Source: Bacteriovorax sp.
Lineage (GTDB): Bacteria; Bdellovibrionota; Bacteriovoracia; Bacteriovoracales; Bacteriovoracaceae
Length of the DNA stretch: 64,000 bases
Direction of reading: 5' to 3'
Assembly: GCA_018060625.1 (NCBI GenBank)
Contig: JAGOVS010000004.1
Span: 636 to 64,635 of the forward strand
Below are positions 8,457 to 18,022 of the stretch, in pieces (positions within the stretch are counted from its first letter, which is position 1; each line of letters opens with the position of its first letter). The notes under the pieces are model-generated. The model was not told the origin of the DNA and ran no database searches. It saw only the letters and a program-made list of their open reading frames with translations. A program made the position numbers and the translations under genes.

Positions 8457-9311
8457 ATGCAAAATATCCAGAGTATCGGGGTTATTGGCGCAGGGCAAAT
8501 GGGGCGAGGAATCGCTCAAGTTGCGGCGATGTCGGGTTATCAGGTTAAGATTTTTGATGTTTCGGCTGAAGGACTTAAAAAAGGTGTAGAATTTATTCAT
8601 GCACAAATGAAAAAAGGTCAAGAGAAATCCAAGTGGGATGAGAGTTTTGTTGCTAAAACGATGTCTCTCATTGATTGTGCAAATCAGATGAGTGTACTTA
8701 GTGACTGTGACCTTCTCATAGAAGCAGCTACCGAAAATAAGGCCATTAAATTTGACATCTTTAGACAGTTGGATGAAGTGGCCAAACCAGGGGCCATTTT
8801 AGCCAGCAACACGTCTTCAATTTCTATTACAGAAATAGCAGCGGTAACCAAAAGACCTCAATTGGTTGCGGGAATGCATTTTATGAATCCTGTGCCTGTC
8901 ATGAAGTTAGTGGAAGGCATTAGAGGTTTGGAGACCAGTGATGAGACCTTTAATACTGTAGCGGCTGTTTCTGAAAAAATGGGGAAGGTTTTTATTCGCG
9001 CCGAAGATGTTCCAGGTTTTGCTGTTAATCGCATTTTGATGCCAATGATTAATGAAGCCGTTTATGCGCTTTATGAAGGAGTGGCCAGTATTCAAGATAT
9101 CGACCAGGCCATGAAACTTGGGACGAATCAGCCAATGGGGCCACTTGAATTGGCAGATTTCATTGGGCTTGATACATGTCTGGCCATTATGAATGTTTTG
9201 AATGAAGGTTTAGGGGATACAAAATATCGTCCTTGTCCATTGCTTAAAAAGTATGTTTTAGCAGGAAGAATGGGGCGCAAATCAGGAAGAGGTTTTTATG
9301 AATATAAGTAG
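8457..9311 (+). CDS. hbd: 3-hydroxybutyryl-CoA / 3-hydroxyacyl-CoA dehydrogenase
   Basis: N-terminal NAD fold [16 protein letters not shown], then NTSSISIT and a C-terminal 3HCDH domain. First gene of an hbd-crt-acd run. Confidence 0.85.
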   Translation: MQNIQSIGVIGAGQMGRGIAQVAAMSGYQVKIFDVSAEGLKKGVEFIHAQMKKGQEKSKWDESFVAKTMSLIDCANQMSVLSDCDLLIEAATENKAIKFDIFRQLDEVAKPGAILASNTSSISITEIAAVTKRPQLVAGMHFMNPVPVMKLVEGIRGLETSDETFNTVAAVSEKMGKVFIRAEDVPGFAVNRILMPMINEAVYALYEGVASIQDIDQAMKLGTNQPMGPLELADFIGLDTCLAIMNVLNEGLGDTKYRPCPLLKKYVLAGRMGRKSGRGFYEYK

Positions 9312-10101
9312 ACAGTGGAATACGTTAAAGGTTGAAGTCACAAATCATCTCGCCACGATTACCATCAATCGTCCGGCCAAGTTAAATGCCCTTAATATTG
9401 AACTTTTGCACGAGCTGAAGGATTTATTGCTTGAATTAAAAATGGATGACACTTTTTTAGTGCGAGGTTTAATTGTAACAGGTGAAGGCGAAAAAGCTTT
9501 TATAGCAGGAGCAGACATTGCGGAAATGAGCGATATGACTCCAAGTGATGCCTATACATTTGGCCAATTAGGTCAGCAAGTGACTCTTTTATTTGAAAGA
9601 CTTAGTATTCCAGTGATTGCTTGTGTAAATGGCTTTGCTCTTGGCGGAGGGTGTGAGATTGCAATGAGTTGTGATTTCATTTACTCAACAACATCGGCCG
9701 TTTTTGGGCAACCTGAGGTAAAATTGGGTCTTATACCTGGATTTGGAGGGACTCAACGCCTAGCTAAATTAGTAGGACGCAACCAGGCTAAGGAAATGAT
9801 TTATACCGGCAGAAATGTGAACGCAGAAGAGGCTAAGGCCATGGGGCTTATTCTTAGGGTTTTTGCGACAAAGGATCAGATGCTGGAAGAAGCGACAAAG
9901 ACACTTAACGCCATTATGACTAATTCTTCTTTTGCCGTATCCATTGCAAAAAAAGTTATGAACGAAGGTATTGACTTAACCACCGTTGAGGGATTACAGC
10001 TAGAGAAGAGACAGTTTTCGGCCATTTTTACTTCTGAAGATATGCGCGAAGGAACGAAGGCCTTCATTGAAAAAAGAGCACCGAACTTTAAAGGAAAATA
10101 A
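9298..10101 (+). CDS. crt: Enoyl-CoA hydratase (crotonase family)
   Basis: Crotonase motifs [12 protein letters not shown] and [20 protein letters not shown]. It overlaps the hbd stop. Confidence 0.85.
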   Translation: MNISRQWNTLKVEVTNHLATITINRPAKLNALNIELLHELKDLLLELKMDDTFLVRGLIVTGEGEKAFIAGADIAEMSDMTPSDAYTFGQLGQQVTLLFERLSIPVIACVNGFALGGGCEIAMSCDFIYSTTSAVFGQPEVKLGLIPGFGGTQRLAKLVGRNQAKEMIYTGRNVNAEEAKAMGLILRVFATKDQMLEEATKTLNAIMTNSSFAVSIAKKVMNEGIDLTTVEGLQLEKRQFSAIFTSEDMREGTKAFIEKRAPNFKGK

Positions 10102-10120
10102 GTTACAAGGAACAAGTCAC

Positions 10121-11266
10121 ATGCAATCAATTTTTGAAGTACAATACAAAGAAATTCGAGACCTCGTCTCTAAGTTTACAGACTCTGAAGTAGCTCCTCT
10201 TGCTCAAAAGATAGATCACGAAGGAAAAATTCCTCAAGACCTTATTAATAAACTTTATGAATTTGGCTTTATGGGGTCTTATATCCCAGAAGAATATGGT
10301 GGAGCAGGGATGGATTATTCGTCTTACGCCATAATTGTTGAAGAGATTTCACGAGGGTGTGGCTCTACAGGGGTTTTAATTTCAGCACATACTTCGCTTT
10401 GTATGTGGCCTATATTAAGTTTTGGAACTGAAGAACAAAAGAAAAAATATCTTCCACGACTTGCAAGTGAAGGAGTGATTGGTTGTTTTTGTTTATCTGA
10501 ACCTAATGCGGGTTCAGATCCTGGGACGCTTATGACATTTGCCGAAGACAAAGGAGATCATTATGAGATTTCAGGAACAAAAAATTTTATTACCAATGGT
10601 AAAGATGCTGGAGTGGCCATCGTCTTAGCAAAAACGACAAAAACGAATGACCATAAAGGGATCACTGCTTTTATCGTTGAGGCCAAGAGCGAAGGATTTA
10701 AAGTCCAAAAATGTGAAGACAAATTGGGGATCAAAGGCTCATCTACTGCACAAATTTGGTTAGATAAAATTAAGGTACCAAAGTCCAATGTTTTGGGAGA
10801 GGTGGGCAAAGGGTTTAAGATTGCTTTGGCCACGCTTGACGGAGGTCGAATTGGAATTGGGGCCCAGGCCCTGGGAATAGGTGAAGCAGCTTTTAGATAT
10901 GCCAAAAATTACTCAAGAGAACGAGTTCAATTTGGAAAACCTATTTCAGAGCTTCAGGCCATTCAGTTTAAATTGGCCGATATGTCTACAAAATTAGCTG
11001 CAGCAAGACTGCTTATTATGAATGCAAGTTACTTAAAAGATAACGGGCTAACGTATTCAAAAGAAGCGGCCCAGGCAAAACTTTTTGCTAGCGAAGCTTG
11101 TATGGAAATTACCACTCAGGCCATTCAAGTTTTGGGGGGCAATGGGTATACGAAAGAGTATCCCGTAGAGCGCTATTTTAGGGATGCCAAAATTACTGAA
11201 ATTTACGAAGGAACTTCTGAAATTCAGAGAATTGTCATTGCCGCCAATGAGCTAAAAGAGCTATAG
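10121..11266 (+). CDS. Short-chain acyl-CoA (butyryl-CoA-type) dehydrogenase
   Basis: Acyl-CoA dehydrogenase motifs [10 protein letters not shown] and [28 protein letters not shown]. The start is placed at ATG 10121 (MQSIFE), because the ORF-track start at 10067 lies inside crt. Confidence 0.85.
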   Translation: MQSIFEVQYKEIRDLVSKFTDSEVAPLAQKIDHEGKIPQDLINKLYEFGFMGSYIPEEYGGAGMDYSSYAIIVEEISRGCGSTGVLISAHTSLCMWPILSFGTEEQKKKYLPRLASEGVIGCFCLSEPNAGSDPGTLMTFAEDKGDHYEISGTKNFITNGKDAGVAIVLAKTTKTNDHKGITAFIVEAKSEGFKVQKCEDKLGIKGSSTAQIWLDKIKVPKSNVLGEVGKGFKIALATLDGGRIGIGAQALGIGEAAFRYAKNYSRERVQFGKPISELQAIQFKLADMSTKLAAARLLIMNASYLKDNGLTYSKEAAQAKLFASEACMEITTQAIQVLGGNGYTKEYPVERYFRDAKITEIYEGTSEIQRIVIAANELKEL

Positions 11267-11327
11267 TCTTGACTTGATTTAACGCGAAGGTATTTAATTG
11301 ATTAAAAAAATATTGGAGAATTTAGGT

Positions 11328-12467
11328 ATGAAGAAGCCTGCAAAAGCAGCAAGCAAGAAAGCTGCACCCGCGAAAAAAGCAGCAAAAGCGGTCCCTGCTA
11401 AAAAAATGGCGGCTAAGGCCTCTGCAAAAAAAGTAGTTAAGCCGGCGGCAAAAGCACCTTTAAAGAAAGTTGTGGCCAAGCCAGTGGCAAAAGCTGCACC
11501 TAAAGCAAAGGCAAAAGCTAAAGCTCCTCAAAAAAATATTCAGAAAAAAATTCAGGATAAAATTGCAGCCTCTAAAAAAGCTGTCGCAGAAAAGGCAGCT
11601 AAGAAAGAAGCAGCTGTTAAAAAAGGCTTGATTAAAAAACCAGCACAGGCTCCAGTGAAAGCAAAATCAGCTGCTCCTGTTAAAAAAATTGAAATAGCAA
11701 AGCCTTTGGCAAAAAAAGAAACAAAAGTGGTAGCTGCTCCAGCAAAAGTTGCAAAGAAAGCAGCAACACCGATTGCACCTATTAAAAAATTATCTAAAAA
11801 GGAAGAGAAAGAGCTTTTAAAAAGCAAAGGCAAAAAAGAGCTTAGCTTTGAAGATGAGATGGAAGCGGAAGCTGCCAAAGCTCGTCCTCAAGAAGATGAA
11901 GAGGATGATGATTTTGAGAGTGCTGCTCCTAAAAAAGTCAAAATGACTTTTGATGAAGACATTGAGGAAGAGATCATTCCTGTACGGAAAAAAAGTAAGT
12001 CAGGTTTAGATGACGACATTAAAGAGAATCTTGCAGAAGAAATCTTAGCTTTGGCAGAAGATTTCTCAATTGATGAAGTTTTTGCTTCAATCCGCAATAT
12101 GGATCTTTTCAAAATCGAATCTGATGAATGTGTCGTAAGAGGTTGTGACAACCCTTCAACCACAAATGGCTATTGTCGTTACCATTATATTAAGCTGTGG
12201 AAGGACGTGAAGAAGAAAGAACTTATTCTCTCAGAAGGACGTCTGGCCAAAATTATTGAAGAGCTTGTTCGTAAGTATCCAATGAAATACATTGAAACGA
12301 TTATCCATGACTTGGCCGATGATAAGGCCTTCAATCATGTGCTTAAAGATTTGGATATTGAAACAGATGAAGCAGAAATTGATGCATTTGATGATGATGA
12401 ATTATTAGATGATGATCAAGATATTGCCTTTGAGACAAAAGTTGTAAAACCATCTTTTGATGATTAA
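11328..12467 (+). CDS. Lys/Ala/Pro-rich histone-H1-like protein with acidic regions and a Cys3His knuckle
   Basis: ATG 11328 lies 8 nt after GGAGAA. The first ~175 aa are KKAA/AKP repeats. Acidic stretches follow, then CVVRGCDNPSTTNGYCRYHY, a helical segment and an acidic tail. Confidence 0.6.
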   Translation: MKKPAKAASKKAAPAKKAAKAVPAKKMAAKASAKKVVKPAAKAPLKKVVAKPVAKAAPKAKAKAKAPQKNIQKKIQDKIAASKKAVAEKAAKKEAAVKKGLIKKPAQAPVKAKSAAPVKKIEIAKPLAKKETKVVAAPAKVAKKAATPIAPIKKLSKKEEKELLKSKGKKELSFEDEMEAEAAKARPQEDEEDDDFESAAPKKVKMTFDEDIEEEIIPVRKKSKSGLDDDIKENLAEEILALAEDFSIDEVFASIRNMDLFKIESDECVVRGCDNPSTTNGYCRYHYIKLWKDVKKKELILSEGRLAKIIEELVRKYPMKYIETIIHDLADDKAFNHVLKDLDIETDEAEIDAFDDDELLDDDQDIAFETKVVKPSFDD

Positions 12468-12477
12468 AAAGTATAAA

Positions 12478-12515
12478 AGAGGATCTAGGGATGATTTTTC
12501 ACCACTAGATCCTCT
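12478..12515 (+). terminator. Hairpin downstream of the H1-like gene
   Basis: Perfect 11-bp inverted repeat: AGAGGATCTAG (12478-12488) and CTAGATCCTCT (12505-12515), with a 16-nt loop. The downstream T-tract is weak (CACTTTTCC). Confidence 0.5.
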
Positions 12516-12615
12516 CACTTTTCCTATAAAAAATTCCTTCTTCTGCAATTCTCGTTGAAAAAATTTCTTAATCTGGCATTGTGCGCTTCTCTTTAAATTT
12601 AAAAAGTGAAGGCGT

Positions 12616-13023
12616 ATGAAAGTATTTTTATCAGGACTTGTTTTTTTATTTTTATCTCAGGCGATGGCCTCAGAAGTCTCCTTTTGCTTGTCGGCTTTTG
12701 ATCCTTCAATTCATTGGTCTCGTAAAGATAAGACACTCACTTGGATAGAAAATGGATATCAATTACAGTTTGATGTCGAAATTATTGATGTCAAAAGAAG
12801 AGATCAGATTAGCTTAGCAACCCTTAAAGAGCTCGGTGACAGAATAGGTCATGTCAAGAAAATAGAAACCTTACGGACTTCAGGGTCTTTATTAAAAATG
12901 GTGACAACAAGATTTAATACTTATCTTTTTATGAAAGACATATTTTATAAGGAATTAGGAAACTCGATGGGCTGTTATGATCCAATAGCACCTTTTGGAG
13001 ATAATATTATTAGAGAGTTATAA
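12616..13023 (+). CDS. Exported hypothetical protein
   Basis: Signal peptide MKVFLSGLVFLFLSQAMA. No recognisable domain. Confidence 0.4.
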   Translation: MKVFLSGLVFLFLSQAMASEVSFCLSAFDPSIHWSRKDKTLTWIENGYQLQFDVEIIDVKRRDQISLATLKELGDRIGHVKKIETLRTSGSLLKMVTTRFNTYLFMKDIFYKELGNSMGCYDPIAPFGDNIIREL

Positions 13024-13143
13024 AGTTAAAATGATTTTGATAGGGCGTGGCCGTCATTTTTACAGAGAAAATATTTACCACCGAATGTGTGCAATAATGA
13101 ATCTAAGAGATTCTTTTGAGTTTACCAAAACGAGGAAATGAGT

Positions 13144-13482
13144 ATGAAAAACATTTTTATCACGGCCACTTTTTTGCTTTCATTTTCAGGTTTTGCCACA
13201 GAGGCCGATTCAGAACTCTTTACCTCTAAGTCTTCCACAAAGAGTGATTATATCTTACTTAGTGGATGTCGCCAGGCCAAAAATGATGCGATTGAGTCAG
13301 CAAAAGAGATGTGTTTTCAGAAAGGTTATGCTGAGTGTTTATTGAAAGAAGCCAAGAAAATTGAGTCCTCAAAGGCCGGGATTTATTTGGCCACAGAGGA
13401 AGTCAATGGTTTATTAAGCACGCGTTTTGTTTATAAGTCGGGCCATTGCACGTTCGAAGCTCATGTTAGGGGTATAAACTAG
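13144..13482 (+). CDS. Exported Cys-containing hypothetical protein
   Basis: Signal peptide MKNIFITATFLLSFSGFA and four Cys in the mature part. ATG 13144 is better spaced from GAGGAA than ATG 13138. Confidence 0.4.
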   Translation: MKNIFITATFLLSFSGFATEADSELFTSKSSTKSDYILLSGCRQAKNDAIESAKEMCFQKGYAECLLKEAKKIESSKAGIYLATEEVNGLLSTRFVYKSGHCTFEAHVRGIN

Positions 13483-13484
13483 AT

Positions 13485-13934
13485 TTATTCCCCTAATAAA
13501 AGATCGGCCTCAATAGAGAGTCCAATATTTTCTCTTGTTATTTTGCAAAAGAAGCTTTGTCCATTAAATTCAGTTTCTTCCCAGTCTAGAATATACTCAT
13601 CCCAGATTTCATCTGAACTTTCTTCTTTGGCAAAGTAGGAATCGAAAAAGACTCCGACGAAATCAAAAAGATCATTTAAGATAGCGTCACTATTGGTTTT
13701 GTCATTAAGATCAGCGGACATGAAGAGAGTTATGGGAGAAACGGTTTGATCTAAGCCTACATAAGAGACAATCATGAGGACTTCTTTAGGAAAAGAGAAG
13801 CCATAGACTGCAAAACTTTTATCATCCCTCAAGCACTTATCGCCATAAATATTCAAAAGAATTTGTTTTAAACTCTCTGCCCAATCATTAGGGAAAAGGA
13901 CAGCAGGGATGTCATGATCAAGTCTTGAAAACAT
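13485..13934 (-). CDS. Acidic cytoplasmic hypothetical protein
   Basis: 149-aa ORF with no signal peptide and no recognisable motif. Its stop lies 2 nt from the convergent upstream gene. Confidence 0.4.
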   Translation of the reverse strand: MFSRLDHDIPAVLFPNDWAESLKQILLNIYGDKCLRDDKSFAVYGFSFPKEVLMIVSYVGLDQTVSPITLFMSADLNDKTNSDAILNDLFDFVGVFFDSYFAKEESSDEIWDEYILDWEETEFNGQSFFCKITRENIGLSIEADLLLGE

Positions 13935-14039
13935 AGAAGCTCCGGTATAGTAGAGGCTTAGATATAGCTCGTAAAAGCTCTGTTTGCAACGAGTGATGAG
14001 TATGTTTTAATGATTTCAAAATTTTTAAAGGGAGTTCTT

Positions 14040-15197
14040 ATGAGTGTTTATATTCTTTCTGGTGCGCGCACTCCAAGTGGCAGTTTTTTAGGTTCACTTT
14101 CAACGGTTTCTGCTCCAAAGCTTGGTGCAGTTGCGATTGCGGCCGCTTTAAAAAAAGCAGACATTTCGACGTCCACTGTCGATGAAGTTTTTATGGGTAA
14201 CGTTGTAACTGCTGGTGTTGGGCAGGCTCCCGCTCGTCAGGCCGCAATCTTTGCGGGACTTCCAGAGTCTGTGCCATGTACAACCCTTAATAAAGTTTGT
14301 GGCTCTGGTTTAAAGACTATTATCACAGGTGCTCAAAGTATTCTTGCTGGTGATAATAAACTTGTTGTTGCCGGTGGGATGGAGAATATGTCTATGGCCC
14401 CCCATCTTTTAATGAATTCCCGCAATGGGATTAAGTTTGGAGAAGCAAATCTAAAAGATTCTATGCAATGGGATGGATTATGGGATGTGTATTCAAATCG
14501 TGCAATGGGGAGTTGTGCAGAGGAGGCAGCTGCAAAATTTTCAAATCGTGAAGAACAAGATGCTTATTCCATTGAATCTTTTAAGCGTGCCCAGGCGGCC
14601 ATTAAAGATGGAGTTTTTGACTCGGAAATTGCAGCGGTTACGATTAAAGGAGCAAAAGGGGATACTATTGTCACAACGGATGAAGGACCCTTTAAGGCAA
14701 ACTTTGAAAAAATGCCTACCTTGAAGCCCGCCTTTGAAAAAAATGGAACGATAACAGCGGCCAATGCTTCAACAATTAATGATGGGGCCGCGGCAGTTGT
14801 CTTAGGTGGAGAAGAGTACAAGGCCCAAGCAAAATTTAAAATTCTCTCCTATGCAAGTCATGCCCAAAATCCTACTTGGTTTACGATTGCTCCAATCGAA
14901 GCGATGAATAAGGCCTTAACGAAGGCCCAATTGAAACTTGAGCAAATTGATTTATTTGAAATTAATGAAGCTTTTGCAGTGGTTGCACTCACGGCCATGA
15001 AAGAGTTAAAATTAGATCATAATAAAGTGAACATCTATGGTGGTGGCGTGAGCTTGGGACACCCAATTGGATGCAGCGGAACCAGAATTGTTGTGACACT
15101 TATGACGGCAATGGAAAAAAATTCAGCAAAATATGGAATGGCCGCAATTTGTATTGGTGGTGGAGAGGCCCTTTCGATTATACTAGAGAGACTTTAA
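14040..15197 (+). CDS. Acetyl-CoA acetyltransferase (thiolase II)
   Basis: Thiolase motifs LNKVCGSGLK (active Cys), GGGVSLGHPIGCSGTRIV and CIGGGEA. The start is placed at ATG 14040 (MSVYILSGARTP). Confidence 0.9.
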   Translation: MSVYILSGARTPSGSFLGSLSTVSAPKLGAVAIAAALKKADISTSTVDEVFMGNVVTAGVGQAPARQAAIFAGLPESVPCTTLNKVCGSGLKTIITGAQSILAGDNKLVVAGGMENMSMAPHLLMNSRNGIKFGEANLKDSMQWDGLWDVYSNRAMGSCAEEAAAKFSNREEQDAYSIESFKRAQAAIKDGVFDSEIAAVTIKGAKGDTIVTTDEGPFKANFEKMPTLKPAFEKNGTITAANASTINDGAAAVVLGGEEYKAQAKFKILSYASHAQNPTWFTIAPIEAMNKALTKAQLKLEQIDLFEINEAFAVVALTAMKELKLDHNKVNIYGGGVSLGHPIGCSGTRIVVTLMTAMEKNSAKYGMAAICIGGGEALSIILERL

Positions 15198-15224
15198 TAC
15201 ATTTTCAATTTAGAAGGATTCTAA

Positions 15225-16274
15225 ATGGCAGTGACAACAGCAGCAGGGACGCAAAAAAAATCAGGGATAAAGACCTTACAACCAGGGGAAATACTCTTTC
15301 ATGAAGGGGATGCAGCTGTTTCGATGTATATCATTCAAAAAGGGCAACTTCGTTTATTTCGCCCTAAGGGGAAAGGTTTTATTGAGCTTGCTGTTCTTCG
15401 CTCTGGAGAGGTCTTAGGGGAAATGTCTTATTTTGATCCTGATTCAAAAAAGCGTAGTGCTTCTGCGGCGGCCATTGCTTATACCGAAGTCATCGAGATT
15501 TCTTTTGTTGCTCTTGAGAAAACGATGACTGCTTTGAATCCATGGTTTAAGACACTTATTAATACTCTTGCAGAACGATTGCGAAAAAGTAATGAGAAAG
15601 TAAAAGCACTTGAAAATAATTCCATTGGTTTTTCGGGAGAGTTTAAGTTTTTTCAATCGGCCGATGTTGTAAAAATCCTTTCTTTGCTTTATTTCACCTT
15701 CAGGGGCTTAGGAGAAAATAAAGACGGAAAATGGGTGCTGCATATGAGCAAACTTAAAATGTATGCGGTCGATATTTTTGCTATCAATGAAGCTAAAATT
15801 GAAGAATTTATTCAACTTCTCATCACCGAAAAAATAATTGAAGTCGCCATGGATGAGGATGGCTCACCTAAAAATTTACTCATAAAAGAGCCTGACACTT
15901 TAAGAATTTTCCAAGTCTTTTTTAATACTCAAAGATCAATGAAAGACGATAAGAAATTGATTATTTCAAATAAGTGCGAGAAGTTTTTGATCAAAGTTTT
16001 AGAAGACGTTGAGGGAAAAGAAGTTGTCGAGGGAAAAGTAGAAGTGGATCTCTCGGCCATTGTCAATTATTTCAAAGAATACAATGTTCCTATTGTTTTA
16101 GAAGATTTTCAAGGGGCCAGAAACGCAAGATTTTGTGGTGAATACAAAATGGAAGACAATGGGCGAGTGACAGCACCTCTCAATATTGATTATCTAAAAA
16201 CAATGTTTCCGGTTGTTCGTTTTATGAATGCCCTTAACCGACTTAATGATTTAAAGGCCCAGGCTAATCGCTAG
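15225..16274 (+). CDS. Cyclic-nucleotide-binding domain protein with uncharacterised C-terminal region
   Basis: CAP-effector-type domain ILFHEGDAAVSMYIIQKGQLRLF...GEVLGEMSYF...KRSASAAA (phosphate-binding cassette). The remaining ~200 aa show no Crp-type HTH that I can recognise. Confidence 0.7.
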   Translation: MAVTTAAGTQKKSGIKTLQPGEILFHEGDAAVSMYIIQKGQLRLFRPKGKGFIELAVLRSGEVLGEMSYFDPDSKKRSASAAAIAYTEVIEISFVALEKTMTALNPWFKTLINTLAERLRKSNEKVKALENNSIGFSGEFKFFQSADVVKILSLLYFTFRGLGENKDGKWVLHMSKLKMYAVDIFAINEAKIEEFIQLLITEKIIEVAMDEDGSPKNLLIKEPDTLRIFQVFFNTQRSMKDDKKLIISNKCEKFLIKVLEDVEGKEVVEGKVEVDLSAIVNYFKEYNVPIVLEDFQGARNARFCGEYKMEDNGRVTAPLNIDYLKTMFPVVRFMNALNRLNDLKAQANR

Positions 16275-16277
16275 TGG

Positions 16278-17804
16278 TTATTGAGATTTTGATGTATAGT
16301 AAACTTCAATTTTATTACCTGATGAATTTGTAAATTGAGCACTACCATTTAACCTAATAATGTATCCAGAATCGACGGGATGATCATAAGGAAAATTGAC
16401 GATTTTAAGCTTACTGGAATCAAGGGCATTAATGAATTGTGTTCCCATATAATCCCAACCATTAGTTGTACTTTTAGGAATCACATTGCCATTAAGTCGA
16501 ACCTCGATCGTTTCAGCATGAGGCTCCCCATTGGTGAGGTAGATATATCCATAATTCTTTTTAATTTCTGAGTAAGTAATTTTCAAACACTCTGGATAAA
16601 TAACCTGGTCGTGAGCACCATTAGTTGATTCAGGAGGAGAAAAGAGTTGAATCATTTTACCAGTAAATGGTTCACCAGAAGTTGGGTATAGACGAGTCCG
16701 ATGATTGTTTTGATTGCCGATATACTTAAAGCCACTGGTGGGCGTTCCTTCAGTATTTGTATTGTTGATTAAATCAACGGCGATGTTATCTATGCCTATA
16801 CGACTGACTCTTAAAGTGTCTGGGTCAAGAGAATCATCAAGACCAGCGACTGGCCAGAAGTCATAGACGTGTTTGATGAGTGTTTGTTTAATAGCGGTAT
16901 TAACGCCATCAAAGATATTACTATAACCATTACAAAGATTGTAAGCATCTGGAGTCGATCTAAGATCATCATTAGCAGATGGCCAACCATTAGTATATGT
17001 TGATTGGTAAATGGCCGTGCTTGTTTTGCTATATCGACTGCTTATTTTATTAAGTCCTTCACTGCAAAGAGTTTGAGGAGTGATGCTGATGAATCTTAGC
17101 ATCGAAGCGTCTAATGATGAAGGGATTCCATGATGAGCACAAGTGCTTGGAGCAATGTCACTATTTCCTCTAAGGCATAAAAGTTTTTCTTTCATCTTTT
17201 GAAGAAAAGCCTTTTCATCACCGCCAGCACACTGATTATATCCAGTGCTTAACTCACAACTTCTGTCATCCCCGTTAGACATGAGCACAACGATAGTATA
17301 GGCTTGAGGGCGAAAAATACTATTGAGACCACTGTGTTTTTGAATGATCTCGGCTGCTCGATCAACTCCTCGCTCTGCCCCACCACTTGCTTTGCTAAAT
17401 GCCAAGACTAGTTCTTCATCTTTGCCTTTTGCCTTAACCTGAAGTTCAGAAGAGAGTGAGCTCTTGTCACTTACTATCAAAGAGGCTTCATTTAAAAGAT
17501 TTGCATCGGTTGAGATCAGTGGAACTGATAAAACATGATAATCAAATTTATCAGAGACATTATTGATGAGTTTTCTAAGAGAGTCTTTTGTTTCAGGTCT
17601 AATAAAATTTGAACTTGTGCTATTATCCCAAAGCATAAGAATGTCTACTTTGGGTTTTATGAGAGTGTATTGTGAACAAAGACTGTTGGTATAGGTTGTT
17701 GCAGCACTAATGGCATTAGATTGATTTCCTTTATTGGCAGCGAACTCTTCCTTGGCACAAGAAAAAAGCAGCAACGAAGCCATTAAAAAAAGTGAATTTC
17801 TCAT
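16278..17804 (-). CDS. Lipoprotein with vWA-like (MIDAS) domain
   Basis: Lipobox LLLFSC. DxSxS-type motif in DILMLWDNSTSS and a later VVLMSNGDD, as in von Willebrand A domains. Long Cys-containing C-terminal region. Confidence 0.55.
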   Translation of the reverse strand: MRNSLFLMASLLLFSCAKEEFAANKGNQSNAISAATTYTNSLCSQYTLIKPKVDILMLWDNSTSSNFIRPETKDSLRKLINNVSDKFDYHVLSVPLISTDANLLNEASLIVSDKSSLSSELQVKAKGKDEELVLAFSKASGGAERGVDRAAEIIQKHSGLNSIFRPQAYTIVVLMSNGDDRSCELSTGYNQCAGGDEKAFLQKMKEKLLCLRGNSDIAPSTCAHHGIPSSLDASMLRFISITPQTLCSEGLNKISSRYSKTSTAIYQSTYTNGWPSANDDLRSTPDAYNLCNGYSNIFDGVNTAIKQTLIKHVYDFWPVAGLDDSLDPDTLRVSRIGIDNIAVDLINNTNTEGTPTSGFKYIGNQNNHRTRLYPTSGEPFTGKMIQLFSPPESTNGAHDQVIYPECLKITYSEIKKNYGYIYLTNGEPHAETIEVRLNGNVIPKSTTNGWDYMGTQFINALDSSKLKIVNFPYDHPVDSGYIIRLNGSAQFTNSSGNKIEVYYTSKSQ

Positions 17805-18022
17805 ACTGTTTACCTTATTCCATCGATCTTATCATTTTACTTCATAACCGTCCTCTGGCCTATCGGCAAATGGTTTATTTTCTTGAGTAGGAGACCAGAA
17901 TACTTGAAAATACCCGAGTGATTCTCTCTCGACAGGGCAAAAACTGTCTCACTGTTTTCATCATTTCAAAAAGTTAAAATAGAAGAAGATTTTAAAGGAT
18001 ATTTGGGGAGAGGGAGTCTAAA

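Noticed and set aside
8421-8621. 66-aa minus-strand ORF at the hbd promoter and 5' end
   Set aside because: It overlaps the hbd start with its clear NAD-binding motif and has no support of its own.
11294-12163. Three minus-strand ORFs (11294-11479, 11552-11878, 11888-12163) of 61-108 aa opposite the H1-like gene
   Set aside because: Their Ala/Phe/Ser-rich translations are the reverse-complement shadow of the GCA/AAA/AAG repeat codons. They have no RBS and no independent support.
8457-15197. The beta-oxidation/butyrate gene set (hbd, crt, acd, thiolase) as something unusual
   Set aside because: All carry canonical motifs, and this is an ordinary catabolic pathway. Only the interrupting orphan genes are reported.
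17805-18022. Possible c-di-GMP (GEMM-type) riboswitch, because of ACAGGGCAAA-like sequence next to c-di-GMP-related genes
   Set aside because: Only a short resemblance exists. The two-hairpin architecture with a tetraloop and receptor, and the conserved junction nucleotides, are not evident by eye. It is kept only as an unexplained hairpin.
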